Position numbers and translations under genes: made by a program. Below, one piece after another: positions 1-9,506 of a DNA stretch of 24,000 bases. Under the pieces are notes generated by a model. That model was not told the DNA's origin, did not search any database, and was given only the letters and a program-made list of their open reading frames with translations. The DNA is from Candidatus Bathyarchaeia archaeon (GTDB taxonomy: Archaea; Asgardarchaeota; Heimdallarchaeia; JABLTI01), in contig DATKZI010000051.1 in assembly GCA_035528035.1 (NCBI GenBank), positions 26,365 through 50,364 on the forward strand, in the 5' to 3' direction. How positions within the stretch are numbered: position 1 is the stretch's first letter; every line of letters begins with the position of its first letter.

Positions 1-69
1 ACATTAGAGTTTAATAAAAATAAACAATCTAAAAAATTGATTGATATTTATAGGCAATTACTAAAATAA
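1..69 (+). CDS. 3' end of a gene truncated by the left window edge (unknown product, possibly another glycosylation-cluster gene)
   Basis: Frame 1 is open from base 1 to TAA at 67-69 (TLEFNKNKQSKKLIDIYRQLLK*). Only 22 codons are visible, so there is no functional evidence. Confidence 0.25.
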   Translation, partial: TLEFNKNKQSKKLIDIYRQLLK

Positions 70-166
70 TTTAAAGCAAACATCTATTCTTTTTTTATTT
101 AAGTTGAAGAAAATATGTGATTTAATAAATCGTAAGTAAAAGAATGTTAACGGTTGTATTAATAAA

Positions 167-1708
167 ATGGCAAATTTGGAAAGTAAACCGAAATCAATTG
201 GAAGCAATTTTATTTACTCATTATTTATAACGATAATAATTGGATTGGTAAATATTGTCTATCCTATTATGATTGGTTTAATTTATGGACCGGAAACCAT
301 GGGCAATTTTGCTGTTCTTTTCTATTGGGCTGCATTACTAAATATACCAATTTCCAATGGAATAGCTCCTGCTATTTCAAGATTTTTAGCAGCAAGTTCT
401 ATAAATGAAACAAGAATAATTGAGAACACAGGAACTAAATTAACATTCTATTATATTATTGGAATTATAGTATTTTATCCAATAATAGGCATTTTTGCTT
501 TTAAATTAAATACAATTGAAGTGTTAATTGTTGTAACAATTACAATAGGGTTAGTGATTCATTACTTATATCGAAATGCATTGCAAGGTTTGGAGAAATT
601 TAAAACACTTTTCAAAATGGAAATTATTTCATTTTCAATTTTTGCTTCAGTAATGGTTGTCTTTGGAATTTTACCTCAAGTTTTTCAATGGACTTTTATT
701 CTTGAAAATTATTATTTCCTATTTATACCAATGCTCATTTTTCATTTAGCGTTTACAATTTGTATAGTTGTATCTAAACGAACAGTAAAGTTTCATTTTA
801 AGTTCCTTTTCAAACTTCCAAAAATAACTAAAAAAATACTACTTTATGCTCTATTTGTAGGTATAGGTGGATTATTTGCCTTTGGGATTTCAAAAGTTCA
901 GGTAATTATTTCAGATTTTTATCTCAATGAACTGGAATTGGGTGTTCTGAGCTTCTGGGATTCTGCAATAGCTGCAATTACATTATTAACCGTTGCATTG
1001 GGAGGTTTATTGGTTCCAAGAATAACAAACCTGCAAAAGTTCCATAAAGAGCAAGAATTTTTAACTGAAGAATTTGTTAATCGGATATTATGGTATCTTT
1101 CTTATATAATTATACCAATAGCGGGTCTGATGTTTTTATTGTTTGGTTCTTTTCCAATAATATTAGATGCTTTAACATTATACAAATACAATATGGAAAG
1201 CTATTGGCTTGTAGTTATTCTTTTATGTTTCAAAGAAGTAAATTTTCTAATCCTGACTCCTGCAATATCATACATCCTATCTTCCGAAAAATATGTTAAA
1301 TTTAATCCAATTTCATCATTTATTTATTCTGTAGCTGTTGTTATAACATGGATAATTCTAGTTCCTAAAGTGGGTATTTTTGGTTTTCCTGCAGGTATTG
1401 CTATAGGTAGCTTGATTCACAGTTTAGTTATTATTGCTTTTATTCTGATAATAAGTAAAAAGAAAATTGGTTTGCATATTATTTTAGTAAGTATTTTTTA
1501 TGCCCTAAATTTAGTATCAATAATATTACTCAATTATATTAATAATGTAATATTATTATCTATTTGGAGTGTTATTACATTAGCATCAGTAATTTTTGGT
1601 TTTTATAAATTATTTAAAATGCTTAAAGATAAACGATTTTCACAAAAATTAAATGAAGAAGAGTTTTTAGAAGCAAAAGGTACTATTGAAGAGGAACCTA
1701 CTATATAA
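167..1708 (+). CDS. Polysaccharide/oligosaccharide flippase, MOP (Wzx-like) superfamily membrane protein
   Basis: 513 aa and almost entirely hydrophobic, with many predicted TM helices. Size and topology are typical of Wzx/MOP flippases. It sits directly upstream of two glycosyltransferases. Confidence 0.65.
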   Translation: MANLESKPKSIGSNFIYSLFITIIIGLVNIVYPIMIGLIYGPETMGNFAVLFYWAALLNIPISNGIAPAISRFLAASSINETRIIENTGTKLTFYYIIGIIVFYPIIGIFAFKLNTIEVLIVVTITIGLVIHYLYRNALQGLEKFKTLFKMEIISFSIFASVMVVFGILPQVFQWTFILENYYFLFIPMLIFHLAFTICIVVSKRTVKFHFKFLFKLPKITKKILLYALFVGIGGLFAFGISKVQVIISDFYLNELELGVLSFWDSAIAAITLLTVALGGLLVPRITNLQKFHKEQEFLTEEFVNRILWYLSYIIIPIAGLMFLLFGSFPIILDALTLYKYNMESYWLVVILLCFKEVNFLILTPAISYILSSEKYVKFNPISSFIYSVAVVITWIILVPKVGIFGFPAGIAIGSLIHSLVIIAFILIISKKKIGLHIILVSIFYALNLVSIILLNYINNVILLSIWSVITLASVIFGFYKLFKMLKDKRFSQKLNEEEFLEAKGTIEEEPTI

Positions 1709-1925
1709 AATAATTATTATGATAAATTAGTAATAAATACTTCAAATTCATAAAAATCTATGAAGCATTAAAAATAAAAACGAAAAGAAACAAGAACATA
1801 ACAATTTTAAAGATACACAAATTATTCTTTCCTTAGATATTTTCCAGTTGTATGTTATAGCAAAATTTATTTAAATATCCAAATTCCTCTCTGTGAGAAG
1901 CGATACTTGATATAGAGGAAACGAG

Positions 1926-3107
1926 ATGTTTAGATCAAAACCTTTAGTTTTTATGGCATTGGCAAGTTCTTATTTTAAAGATCCCAGAGTATTGCAAGAG
2001 GTCAAATCGCTACATAAAAATAATTATCCTATTTATGTCCTTACTTGGGACCGAGAAGGATTAAATTCGGTATATCTATCAAAAGGACTTGTAGTTAAAA
2101 ACATGCAATTTTTACAATCTAAATCATTTAATAAATTAATATATATGTTATCAGCGGTCTTGTTTCAATTATCCATCTTTACAACAGGTCTAAATCTTCT
2201 AAAAAAACATCGTCAAATAATTTTACATATTAATGATTTCAACACTATTTTAGGAACAGTTTTACTAAAGATTTTTTTTCCTAATAGAATAAAAACAATT
2301 TATGATTCTCATGAACTTACTCCTGCTGTATATGGAGAATGGTATGGTCAATTTTTTGCATCAATAACAAGTAAAATGGAAAAAATTTTTATGCCATTTA
2401 TAGACCAGATTATTACTGTTAGCCCACCTATAGAAGCTTATTTCAAAACTATTACTAAAAAAGATATTAAAATTATTTGGAATTATCCTACTAAAGAAAT
2501 TATCCCCGATATTTCAAAAGATCAAGCGAGAGAGATTTTAGGCCTTCCTAAATCAGCTTTTATTATAACTTATATAGGCTCATTACGGATTGACATAGCA
2601 TTATCTGATTTATTTTATGCCATGTCTATTTTAAAAGAAAAAATAACAGATAAAGATTTATTAGAAAAATTCAAAATAATTATTGTAGGTGATGGTCCAC
2701 TATATACAGAAATTCTTTCTCTTAGAGAAAAACTTCAATTAAATGATTTTATTTCAATTGTTGGTCATGTTGATCGTATTAAATCCTTAACTTATATGAA
2801 AGCAGCTGATCTGTCTTATATTTTATTTACTGTAAAGGGATTAAATACTAAAATCGGTATGCCTTGGAAATTATTTGAAAGTTTAGCAACAAATACTCCA
2901 GTTCTTGTTCTAAATAATACCTACGCTTCGAAGTTTATTCAACAGTATAATGCTGGTTTTATTATTGATAAAAAAGATCCAAAAGAAATTGCTGAAAAAT
3001 TATATCAAATCGTTACACAAATGGATCTGTTGGAAATTAAAACTAATAAGAAATTTTTCTGGGAAAATCAAGAAGAATTATTTATTTCTGTGTACAATAT
3101 GTTGTAA
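1926..3107 (+). CDS. Glycosyltransferase, GT-B fold (family 4/1-like)
   Basis: 393 aa. The C-terminal half has the GT4-type pattern (IIVGDGP...; PWKLFESLATNTPVLV with the conserved Glu). A GAGGA Shine-Dalgarno-like motif lies about 8 nt upstream of the ATG. Confidence 0.8.
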   Translation: MFRSKPLVFMALASSYFKDPRVLQEVKSLHKNNYPIYVLTWDREGLNSVYLSKGLVVKNMQFLQSKSFNKLIYMLSAVLFQLSIFTTGLNLLKKHRQIILHINDFNTILGTVLLKIFFPNRIKTIYDSHELTPAVYGEWYGQFFASITSKMEKIFMPFIDQIITVSPPIEAYFKTITKKDIKIIWNYPTKEIIPDISKDQAREILGLPKSAFIITYIGSLRIDIALSDLFYAMSILKEKITDKDLLEKFKIIIVGDGPLYTEILSLREKLQLNDFISIVGHVDRIKSLTYMKAADLSYILFTVKGLNTKIGMPWKLFESLATNTPVLVLNNTYASKFIQQYNAGFIIDKKDPKEIAEKLYQIVTQMDLLEIKTNKKFFWENQEELFISVYNML

Positions 3108-3191
3108 TATCACAAGATTTATTAATTTTTTATTAGCTTTCACACTTAAAAAAATAAAAGTTAAAGATTTAATAAAGGTCGGTTTTTCGGT

Positions 3192-4088
3192 TTGTATAGA
3201 GATAAAAAAATTGGTGTAGTAGTTCCATGCTTTAATGAAGAATCATTAATTAAAGACACTCTTATGGGTATGCCTGATTTTGTTGATCGTATTTATGTTA
3301 TTGATGATTTTTCAACTGATACTACAACACAAAAAATCATTTTCATGATGAATCAAGATAGTAGAATACAATTATATCAACATTCAGCGAATCAAGGTGT
3401 TGGTGGGGCAATTATTACTGGGTATAAAAAAGCATTAGAGGATAATATGGATATAATTGCTATTATGGCTGGTGATAATCAGATGAATTCATATTATTTA
3501 TCCAATTTATTAGATCCAATAATTGATAACCAAACAGATATTACTAAAGGTAATCGTTTAAAACGAGGTTTTTGGAAAGGAATGCCTTTTTTCAGAAGAT
3601 TTGGTAATTTTATTCTTTCCTTAATGACTAAAATAGTTACTGGATACTGGAAGGTAAATGACCCTCAAAATGGTTATGTTGCAATAAATGCCCAAGGTTT
3701 AAGAAAAATAGATTTAGATTCCTTATATAATGGCTATGCTTTTGAAAATGATTTAATGTTGAAAGCAAATGTTGCTAATTTGCGAATGAAAAATGTTCTA
3801 ATTCCAGCAGTATATGGTGAAGAGAAATCAAAAATAAAATATGGTAGTTTTATCTTTAAAACCAGCATCTTTTTACTGAAAGGATTTTTCTGGAGATTAT
3901 GGAAAAAATATATCACAACCTTAAAACCAATTGGTTTACTATTCATCTTGGGTATATGTTCTATAATTACTGGTTTCATTATTGGATTTATCTATACTTT
4001 TAGGACTTTTTGGCCAATTTTAGTTACAGGTATATTGCTAATATTTCTTGCTCAAATATTGGATGGATTACGATCTATAAAAATGTAA
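3192..4088 (+). CDS. Glycosyltransferase family 2, GtrB/DPM1-like polyprenyl-phosphate glycosyltransferase with C-terminal TM helices
   Basis: The N-terminus KIGVVVPCFNEE...YVIDDFSTD...AGDNQ is the classic GT-A/GT2 signature. Two hydrophobic helices at the C-terminus resemble GtrB/ArnC-type enzymes. The track start is TTG. Confidence 0.85.
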   Translation: MYRDKKIGVVVPCFNEESLIKDTLMGMPDFVDRIYVIDDFSTDTTTQKIIFMMNQDSRIQLYQHSANQGVGGAIITGYKKALEDNMDIIAIMAGDNQMNSYYLSNLLDPIIDNQTDITKGNRLKRGFWKGMPFFRRFGNFILSLMTKIVTGYWKVNDPQNGYVAINAQGLRKIDLDSLYNGYAFENDLMLKANVANLRMKNVLIPAVYGEEKSKIKYGSFIFKTSIFLLKGFFWRLWKKYITTLKPIGLLFILGICSIITGFIIGFIYTFRTFWPILVTGILLIFLAQILDGLRSIKM

Positions 4089-4095
4089 TAATATT

Positions 4096-5937
4096 TTATA
4101 GCGGTCTTAATATTGTTGCAATATTATTATCATAAATTCGATTTATCAGTGGATTCATAGGAATTGTTCTTCGTATATCTGGAATCTTTACAATCCAATT
4201 ATCATTGTCTTCTCCATATGAAATCCAATTTGTATGAAAACCTGTATTGAATATTACATCGTTAATTATTACATAGTCAATATTTGGGTTTAGTGCTTTT
4301 ATTGATGAATTAGCAACGAAATCATAAATCGTTGTTTCATTTAAAAATATCAATTGCAGCAACCAGCTAGCACCATGACCATTTATTGTAGTATCAAATC
4401 CACCTATGCCTCTTACTATAACGCTGATTCTAAAATCACAATCAACTTGTATTGGGTAATTATGTTGCCAAATTGTATTATTGGGGGGGTCAGAATATGA
4501 TATTAAGAAATAAACGGTATCAAATTCAGCTTGCCAAAACACTTCTTGTGAACCCCAATTATTTTCTGGTTTTGGGTGTGAGTATGATAAAGTTAATACC
4601 ATGCTACCTGTTAAACCTATTAATGCTAGAACCTTTAATTTTCGAATATTGACTTTTTTTACCAAATATACAATAGCTATTGTTGAAAGAATAACCCCAA
4701 TTGGAATAAGATATAATATTATCCGTGCGAGAAAACTTGACATTAGCGGAAAAATAGCTAAAATACATAAAATAGAAATTGCTGATAGTAACCATCCCCG
4801 CATCATTTTCCCATTAATAGTAGTTTTTTTGGCTATTTTTGTTAATCCTAATACTCCCAACGGAGCTAAAACAAAGGCATGTGTTCCCATAGCTAATCCT
4901 GATAATAGTGTTTGATCAGGACTAGCACTACCAAAAAACATTGCTACAATGAATGCTGCAACGATACAAACTATAACTGAAATTATTATTGTGTTATTTA
5001 TTTTCTTGTTCTGAAAATCATAAAAAAGAGCTGATATCGCGATTGACATGATAAAACCCATTGCAAGTAATAATAGTATATTTGGTAAGGTAAAATAATC
5101 TCCTGTAAATAATCCTCTAATTGACTCACCGATAAAATTAATAGGAAATCCTTGAAGAACAATTTCCCAAACTAATAAAACAAACCCATCTATGAACACT
5201 AAAATTAACAGATTGTATATTACATTTTTTATAGCTTTTTTATCTTTGATTTTATTTTTATAAAAGGTTGTATAGAGAATTGCGATATGCCAAATAAGCA
5301 AAACAATTAATGTTGTTAAATGATGTGTGAATGTAATTACAAATGTTATTAGAAGTCCTAAAATTATAAATCGATAATCTTTTGTTTCATAAAATCTCAA
5401 AATATAAAAAACAACAAAAGGTACTAAACCTAATACCATTGTTTCAGGGGCGATATTTTGATTTCTATATACATATATTCCGATTATTGACATATAAAAT
5501 ATTGAAAGTAATCCAATTGTCTTTGATTTAGTTAATCTCCTTGCTAGAACGTAGAAAATAACTAATTGAATTGTACAAACAATTTGAGGGAAAATATAAA
5601 TTGCCCATGATAAAGGTTCTATTCCTAATCCCAATAGATATGTTGCTATAATAATCATAAAGGTAAATCCAGGTGGATCCCTTGTAATTACAGTTAAGTC
5701 AATCCATCCTTGGAAGAAATCTCGTTTGATGGATGTTAAATAATAATACCCATCATAAGTTATTGGTGACCCCTCTCTAATCATCCTCCAAGTTCTTATT
5801 AAAAATCCAAATATAACTATTAAGAAAGTTAATAGAATAATTACTCTATCCTTTTTAGCATAACTGTTATTACTTTTTATATTTGAATAGACAAATCTAT
5901 TATTTATTGCTTTTTCGAGAGAGTTTTGTTCGAGCAT
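4096..5937 (-). CDS. Large polytopic membrane protein with C-terminal soluble domain, putative GT-C-type glycosyltransferase (STT3/AglB- or PMT/ArnT-like)
   Basis: 613 aa with about a dozen TM helices followed by a soluble domain of about 150 aa. The first external loop (YDGYYYLTSIKRDFF...RDPPGF) resembles the acidic loop motif of GT-C enzymes. I found no canonical WWDYG motif. It is convergent with the GT2 gene. Confidence 0.5.
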   Translation of the reverse strand: MLEQNSLEKAINNRFVYSNIKSNNSYAKKDRVIILLTFLIVIFGFLIRTWRMIREGSPITYDGYYYLTSIKRDFFQGWIDLTVITRDPPGFTFMIIIATYLLGLGIEPLSWAIYIFPQIVCTIQLVIFYVLARRLTKSKTIGLLSIFYMSIIGIYVYRNQNIAPETMVLGLVPFVVFYILRFYETKDYRFIILGLLITFVITFTHHLTTLIVLLIWHIAILYTTFYKNKIKDKKAIKNVIYNLLILVFIDGFVLLVWEIVLQGFPINFIGESIRGLFTGDYFTLPNILLLLAMGFIMSIAISALFYDFQNKKINNTIIISVIVCIVAAFIVAMFFGSASPDQTLLSGLAMGTHAFVLAPLGVLGLTKIAKKTTINGKMMRGWLLSAISILCILAIFPLMSSFLARIILYLIPIGVILSTIAIVYLVKKVNIRKLKVLALIGLTGSMVLTLSYSHPKPENNWGSQEVFWQAEFDTVYFLISYSDPPNNTIWQHNYPIQVDCDFRISVIVRGIGGFDTTINGHGASWLLQLIFLNETTIYDFVANSSIKALNPNIDYVIINDVIFNTGFHTNWISYGEDNDNWIVKIPDIRRTIPMNPLINRIYDNNIATILRPL

Positions 5938-6070
5938 AATTATTTCTCATTAAATGTTTTATCTTCCTAATAGTTTGATTAATTATTCACATAATTTTTT
6001 TTAACCATTACTTTTGCTTAATAGTTTATTCTAGTAGTATCACGACCAAGTTGATAATAATTTTTTCATA

Positions 6071-6679
6071 TTAAACCAAAATTAGCGTGAAGGAGGTTAG
6101 ATAAACAAATACTCCACTATAGCTAAATTTAGATAATTGACTATTCCACTCCCATAATTCGAATATTATTTTGTAACCGGAAGAGCTTAATCCTAATTTA
6201 CTAATTATCTCTGAATTGAAATTAAAAGCAAATTTTGTTTCAGATGAAGGGCCCCATTGTTCCTCTATATCTATGATTTTTTGTATCCAATGTTCATAAT
6301 AAAAATAGGTCGATTCATTGGTACCAAAGGTATCTTCATCAATTATTAGATTATAAAGTCCTATCTTCAAACGTATTTCATAAAACATCGCTTTTTGATA
6401 GTGATTACTTAACATAATATATAATGTAATAGGATCAGAACTATTTGATGTTTGATTATAAGCTACACTTATTGGATAATTTTCTGCTTTATATTTATTA
6501 TTTACATCATCATAAGTCAGTAATCCCAATTCAGAATATTGCTCTCCACTTATTGGTGGAGTAAAAATTAAAATTGTTGAAATAACAATACCAATAAGAG
6601 TTAAAGCTAAAACCATTCTAACAACTAATTCAAAATCAAATTTTTGATTTTTTGATTGTTTGTCTTTTTTGTTATTCAT
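6071..6679 (-). CDS. Membrane-anchored extracellular protein resembling the C-terminal domain of archaeal DUF1616 proteins
   Basis: One N-terminal TM helix, then YSELGLLTYDD...AENYPISV...LYIMLSNHYQKAMFYEIRLKIG. From memory this matches the DUF1616 block 'FTEFYLL...YPT...VGI.NHE....Y.L.V'. Confidence 0.5.
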   Translation of the reverse strand: MNNKKDKQSKNQKFDFELVVRMVLALTLIGIVISTILIFTPPISGEQYSELGLLTYDDVNNKYKAENYPISVAYNQTSNSSDPITLYIMLSNHYQKAMFYEIRLKIGLYNLIIDEDTFGTNESTYFYYEHWIQKIIDIEEQWGPSSETKFAFNFNSEIISKLGLSSSGYKIIFELWEWNSQLSKFSYSGVFVYLTSFTLILV

Positions 6680-6702
6680 CTGTTTAACGCCTATTTTTAT
6701 TG

Positions 6703-7203
6703 TTATATTTCAGGTTTACTTTCCTCTTCAGGATATATTATTTCTAAATCTAAGAATTCTTCCTCACTTCGTATTTTATGCCATTTTATCATTTTCATTC
6801 CCAAAAAGGCAATTAGAGCAACAACAATAAGCAAGTTAAATGGTATAATTATATATGTGAGTATTCTATTTCGCCTATAATTCGTTAAATCGTTATTTAC
6901 ATCTTCAATGATCAATATTGCTTTATTATAGGCATTAGTATAATCTTCTGAGAAATAATCATCCAAAGCATCATTTAACCGATCTACATAGCTCGTAACA
7001 TCTAAACCTTCTTGACTAGCATGCTCAATCGTTTCATATGCTGTTATTATTTTTGAATAAGTATCCTCTTCAGATACAGCATTTACTATTAAAATATCAT
7101 TTTGCGTTTTTAGAATTAAACTTGAAGTAATAATTAGAAACACTATAGAAAAGAACATCAATCTCTTTATTGGATTAGAACATTTATTTCCAGTAGTTTT
7201 CAT
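6703..7203 (-). CDS. Hypothetical secreted/membrane-anchored protein (N-terminal signal/TM, helical ectodomain, C-terminal TM, acidic tail)
   Basis: 166 aa ORF whose ATG overlaps the stop of the upstream gene (ATGA overlap at 7200-7203), implying operonic co-translation. No recognisable family. Confidence 0.5.
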   Translation of the reverse strand: MKTTGNKCSNPIKRLMFFSIVFLIITSSLILKTQNDILIVNAVSEEDTYSKIITAYETIEHASQEGLDVTSYVDRLNDALDDYFSEDYTNAYNKAILIIEDVNNDLTNYRRNRILTYIIIPFNLLIVVALIAFLGMKMIKWHKIRSEEEFLDLEIIYPEEESKPEI

Positions 7204-7901
7204 TCTTCTATCACTTCTTTTATTTTATTATTTTTAGTTCTAATAGAACCATCTTTACCAAGTTTCATTCTTAAACCAATTGAAATTAATAAGTCAATTA
7301 TTATTATTACTATTAAACTTGTAACAATTGATCGAGGGCTAAATTTAAAGGTATAATTTAGAAATATCGCATCAATCATCAAGATAAAAAGACTTAAACC
7401 AATTGCAGTAGCAACTCTTTCCAAGTATGTTAATTTTTCATCCAACTCAGGGAAAATAACTGAAGTTAAAGACCAACCTGAAATAATCAACATAAAAAAA
7501 CAAACTACTATATATCTTATATAAAACAGAAATCCTACTCTTACATCTATTAGAACCATAGTTAAAGCTAAACATATTGTTGCAACAATGATCCAAAATT
7601 CATAAGCATAGTAATTTTTAGCAAAAATGAATGCTAGTAATCTTTTTGGTGGTACTGTAGGACTTACATATGGTTCTTTCAATATAATTTCATTATTATA
7701 TTCTAATTCCTTTATTGCTGAAATAATTTTTTCTTTTGAAAATTTACTTTCTGATACTAAACTAGTTACAAGAGTTCTTATATCTCGAGGTTTTTGATTT
7801 TTTAAAATCTTTTTAATTTCATCTTTTATAATTAAATTTTCTTGATCAAGATCATTTTTCTCTTTAAATCTTTGTTTTTTCTTTTCTTCTTTAAGAGCCA
7901 T
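7200..7901 (-). CDS. Membrane protein resembling the N-terminal membrane half of DUF1616, with an extra charged N-terminal (possibly winged-helix-like) domain
   Basis: 233 aa. About 80 soluble N-terminal residues are followed by 4 TM helices containing SGWSLTSVIFPE...LERVATAIGLSLFILMIDAIFLNYT. From memory this matches the DUF1616 block 'PGYAL..ALFP....ER.ALSFGLS......G..LN.T'. Confidence 0.5.
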   Translation of the reverse strand: MALKEEKKKQRFKEKNDLDQENLIIKDEIKKILKNQKPRDIRTLVTSLVSESKFSKEKIISAIKELEYNNEIILKEPYVSPTVPPKRLLAFIFAKNYYAYEFWIIVATICLALTMVLIDVRVGFLFYIRYIVVCFFMLIISGWSLTSVIFPELDEKLTYLERVATAIGLSLFILMIDAIFLNYTFKFSPRSIVTSLIVIIIIDLLISIGLRMKLGKDGSIRTKNNKIKEVIEE

Positions 7902-8104
7902 ATTTTACACCAAGAACCTTTTCTATAATAAGATGATAATTTTAGTAATTTCTAACTAGAGTTATTTTAAGACTTTTTTGTTTATATTTATAATTTGATT
8001 ATCAATTTAGTATTATGAATTAATTTTTTACTCATTTAACATTTAGATTGTCAAATTAGAATCATAAAAATAAAAAGAGGAAAGGAAATTATCTTTTAAT
8101 TCTT

Positions 8105-9376
8105 CTAATTAAAGTATACTATTTTTCCTTTCTCAACCATAATTTTTCCATCTTTAATTATATGAGAGAAATTTAATGAATTTTCAAGTGTGGTTATATC
8201 TTTCAACGGATCAGTATTACAAATTACAATGTCAGCTAATTTTCCAGTTTCAATTGAACCGATTTTTTCATCCATTTTAATAGCTTTTGCACTTTGTATC
8301 GTTGCAGTTTGTAATGCTTGTACTGGAGTCATTCCCACATTTACAACCATATTGGTTATTTCTGAAGCAGTTGTGCCATGGAAGTTCCCTGGAGTTCCCG
8401 CATCTGTTCCGAGAGCAAATAAAACTCCTTTATTGAACGCTATTTTATGATTTTCTTTTAATTTTTCATTAGTTTTCAAGATTTTTTGTTGAACTTCAAG
8501 AGGCATTTGGTTTAGAATATCTGCTCTTGTAAGATTTTTTATTGCGTTTTGTGTGGGAACAAGATAGGTTCCTTTTTTGATCATCAAATTCGCTGTTTCT
8601 TCACCAATAAATGAACCATGCTCGATCGTATCTATTCCTGCTTTAGCAGCGCTATAAATACCCGCATCTCCATGAGCATGAGAAGCAAGATGCATGCCCA
8701 ATCTATGAGCTTCTTCCACCATAGCTTCAAGTTCTTCATCTGTGAATAGAGTCATATTTAATTTTGACTCCATACCATGAAGTACTCCTCCTGTTGTAAG
8801 TGTCTTTATGAAATCAGCTCCAACTCGTTTTCTATCACGAACTGCATGTTTTACACCATCTATACCTGTCTGTACTTCCCCAGTTATTTTATAATAGTCA
8901 ATCAAACATTGTGGACCAATGGATTCCTGATTTCCCCATTGAGAAATGCCAGTATCAGCAACTAATATTCTTGGACCTGCTAAAATACCATCAGCGAAAA
9001 TTCTTCGTAAAGCTGGAGCCCAACCTGGTGATGAACCACAATCTCTTACACATGTAAAACCACTTATGAGATGTCTTTGAGCATGATTCAATGCATAGTA
9101 ATGCCACATCTCATCCTTAGTTCTAAGAAATTCTCGTTCATATTGTGGATCACCGGTCATTTCGAGATGAACATGAGTTTCTATTAATCCTGGGAGAATG
9201 GTTTTATTTGAAGCATCAATTATTTTATCAGCTTTTTCTTTTTCAAAAGAACCATCATCTCCAACCCAAGTAATTTTATTTTTTTCAATTACTATTGTTT
9301 TATTATTCATTATTTTCCCTTTATGAGAATCAAAAACATTCCCCGATTTTACAACTAAACGTTTGATTTCAGCCAT
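8105..9376 (-). CDS. Amidohydrolase-superfamily metal-dependent hydrolase (COG1228/imidazolonepropionase-like)
   Basis: 423 aa with the metal ligand motifs HVH (ETHVHLEM), HAHG, IEHG and GTDAG in the canonical order for the TIM-barrel amidohydrolase fold. Confidence 0.9.
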   Translation of the reverse strand: MAEIKRLVVKSGNVFDSHKGKIMNNKTIVIEKNKITWVGDDGSFEKEKADKIIDASNKTILPGLIETHVHLEMTGDPQYEREFLRTKDEMWHYYALNHAQRHLISGFTCVRDCGSSPGWAPALRRIFADGILAGPRILVADTGISQWGNQESIGPQCLIDYYKITGEVQTGIDGVKHAVRDRKRVGADFIKTLTTGGVLHGMESKLNMTLFTDEELEAMVEEAHRLGMHLASHAHGDAGIYSAAKAGIDTIEHGSFIGEETANLMIKKGTYLVPTQNAIKNLTRADILNQMPLEVQQKILKTNEKLKENHKIAFNKGVLFALGTDAGTPGNFHGTTASEITNMVVNVGMTPVQALQTATIQSAKAIKMDEKIGSIETGKLADIVICNTDPLKDITTLENSLNFSHIIKDGKIMVEKGKIVYFN

Positions 9377-9506
9377 CGGTAAACTCTTCTTATATAATTG
9401 CTAAAATGATACCTTTAATTTTTTTAAAGGTTATTGTTTTTAGCGAAAATTCTAATTGTATTTAAAAAAGAATAAAAGAACTTTAGAATAAAGCTATTGT
9501 CTCAAA

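Noticed and set aside
9390-9397. TTATATAA box upstream of the amidohydrolase gene as its TATA box for a leaderless transcript.
   Set aside because: Its centre is only about 18 nt from the ATG at 9376. With the usual archaeal TATA-to-TSS spacing of about 26 nt, transcription would start inside the coding region. The promoter assignment is not supportable from sequence alone.
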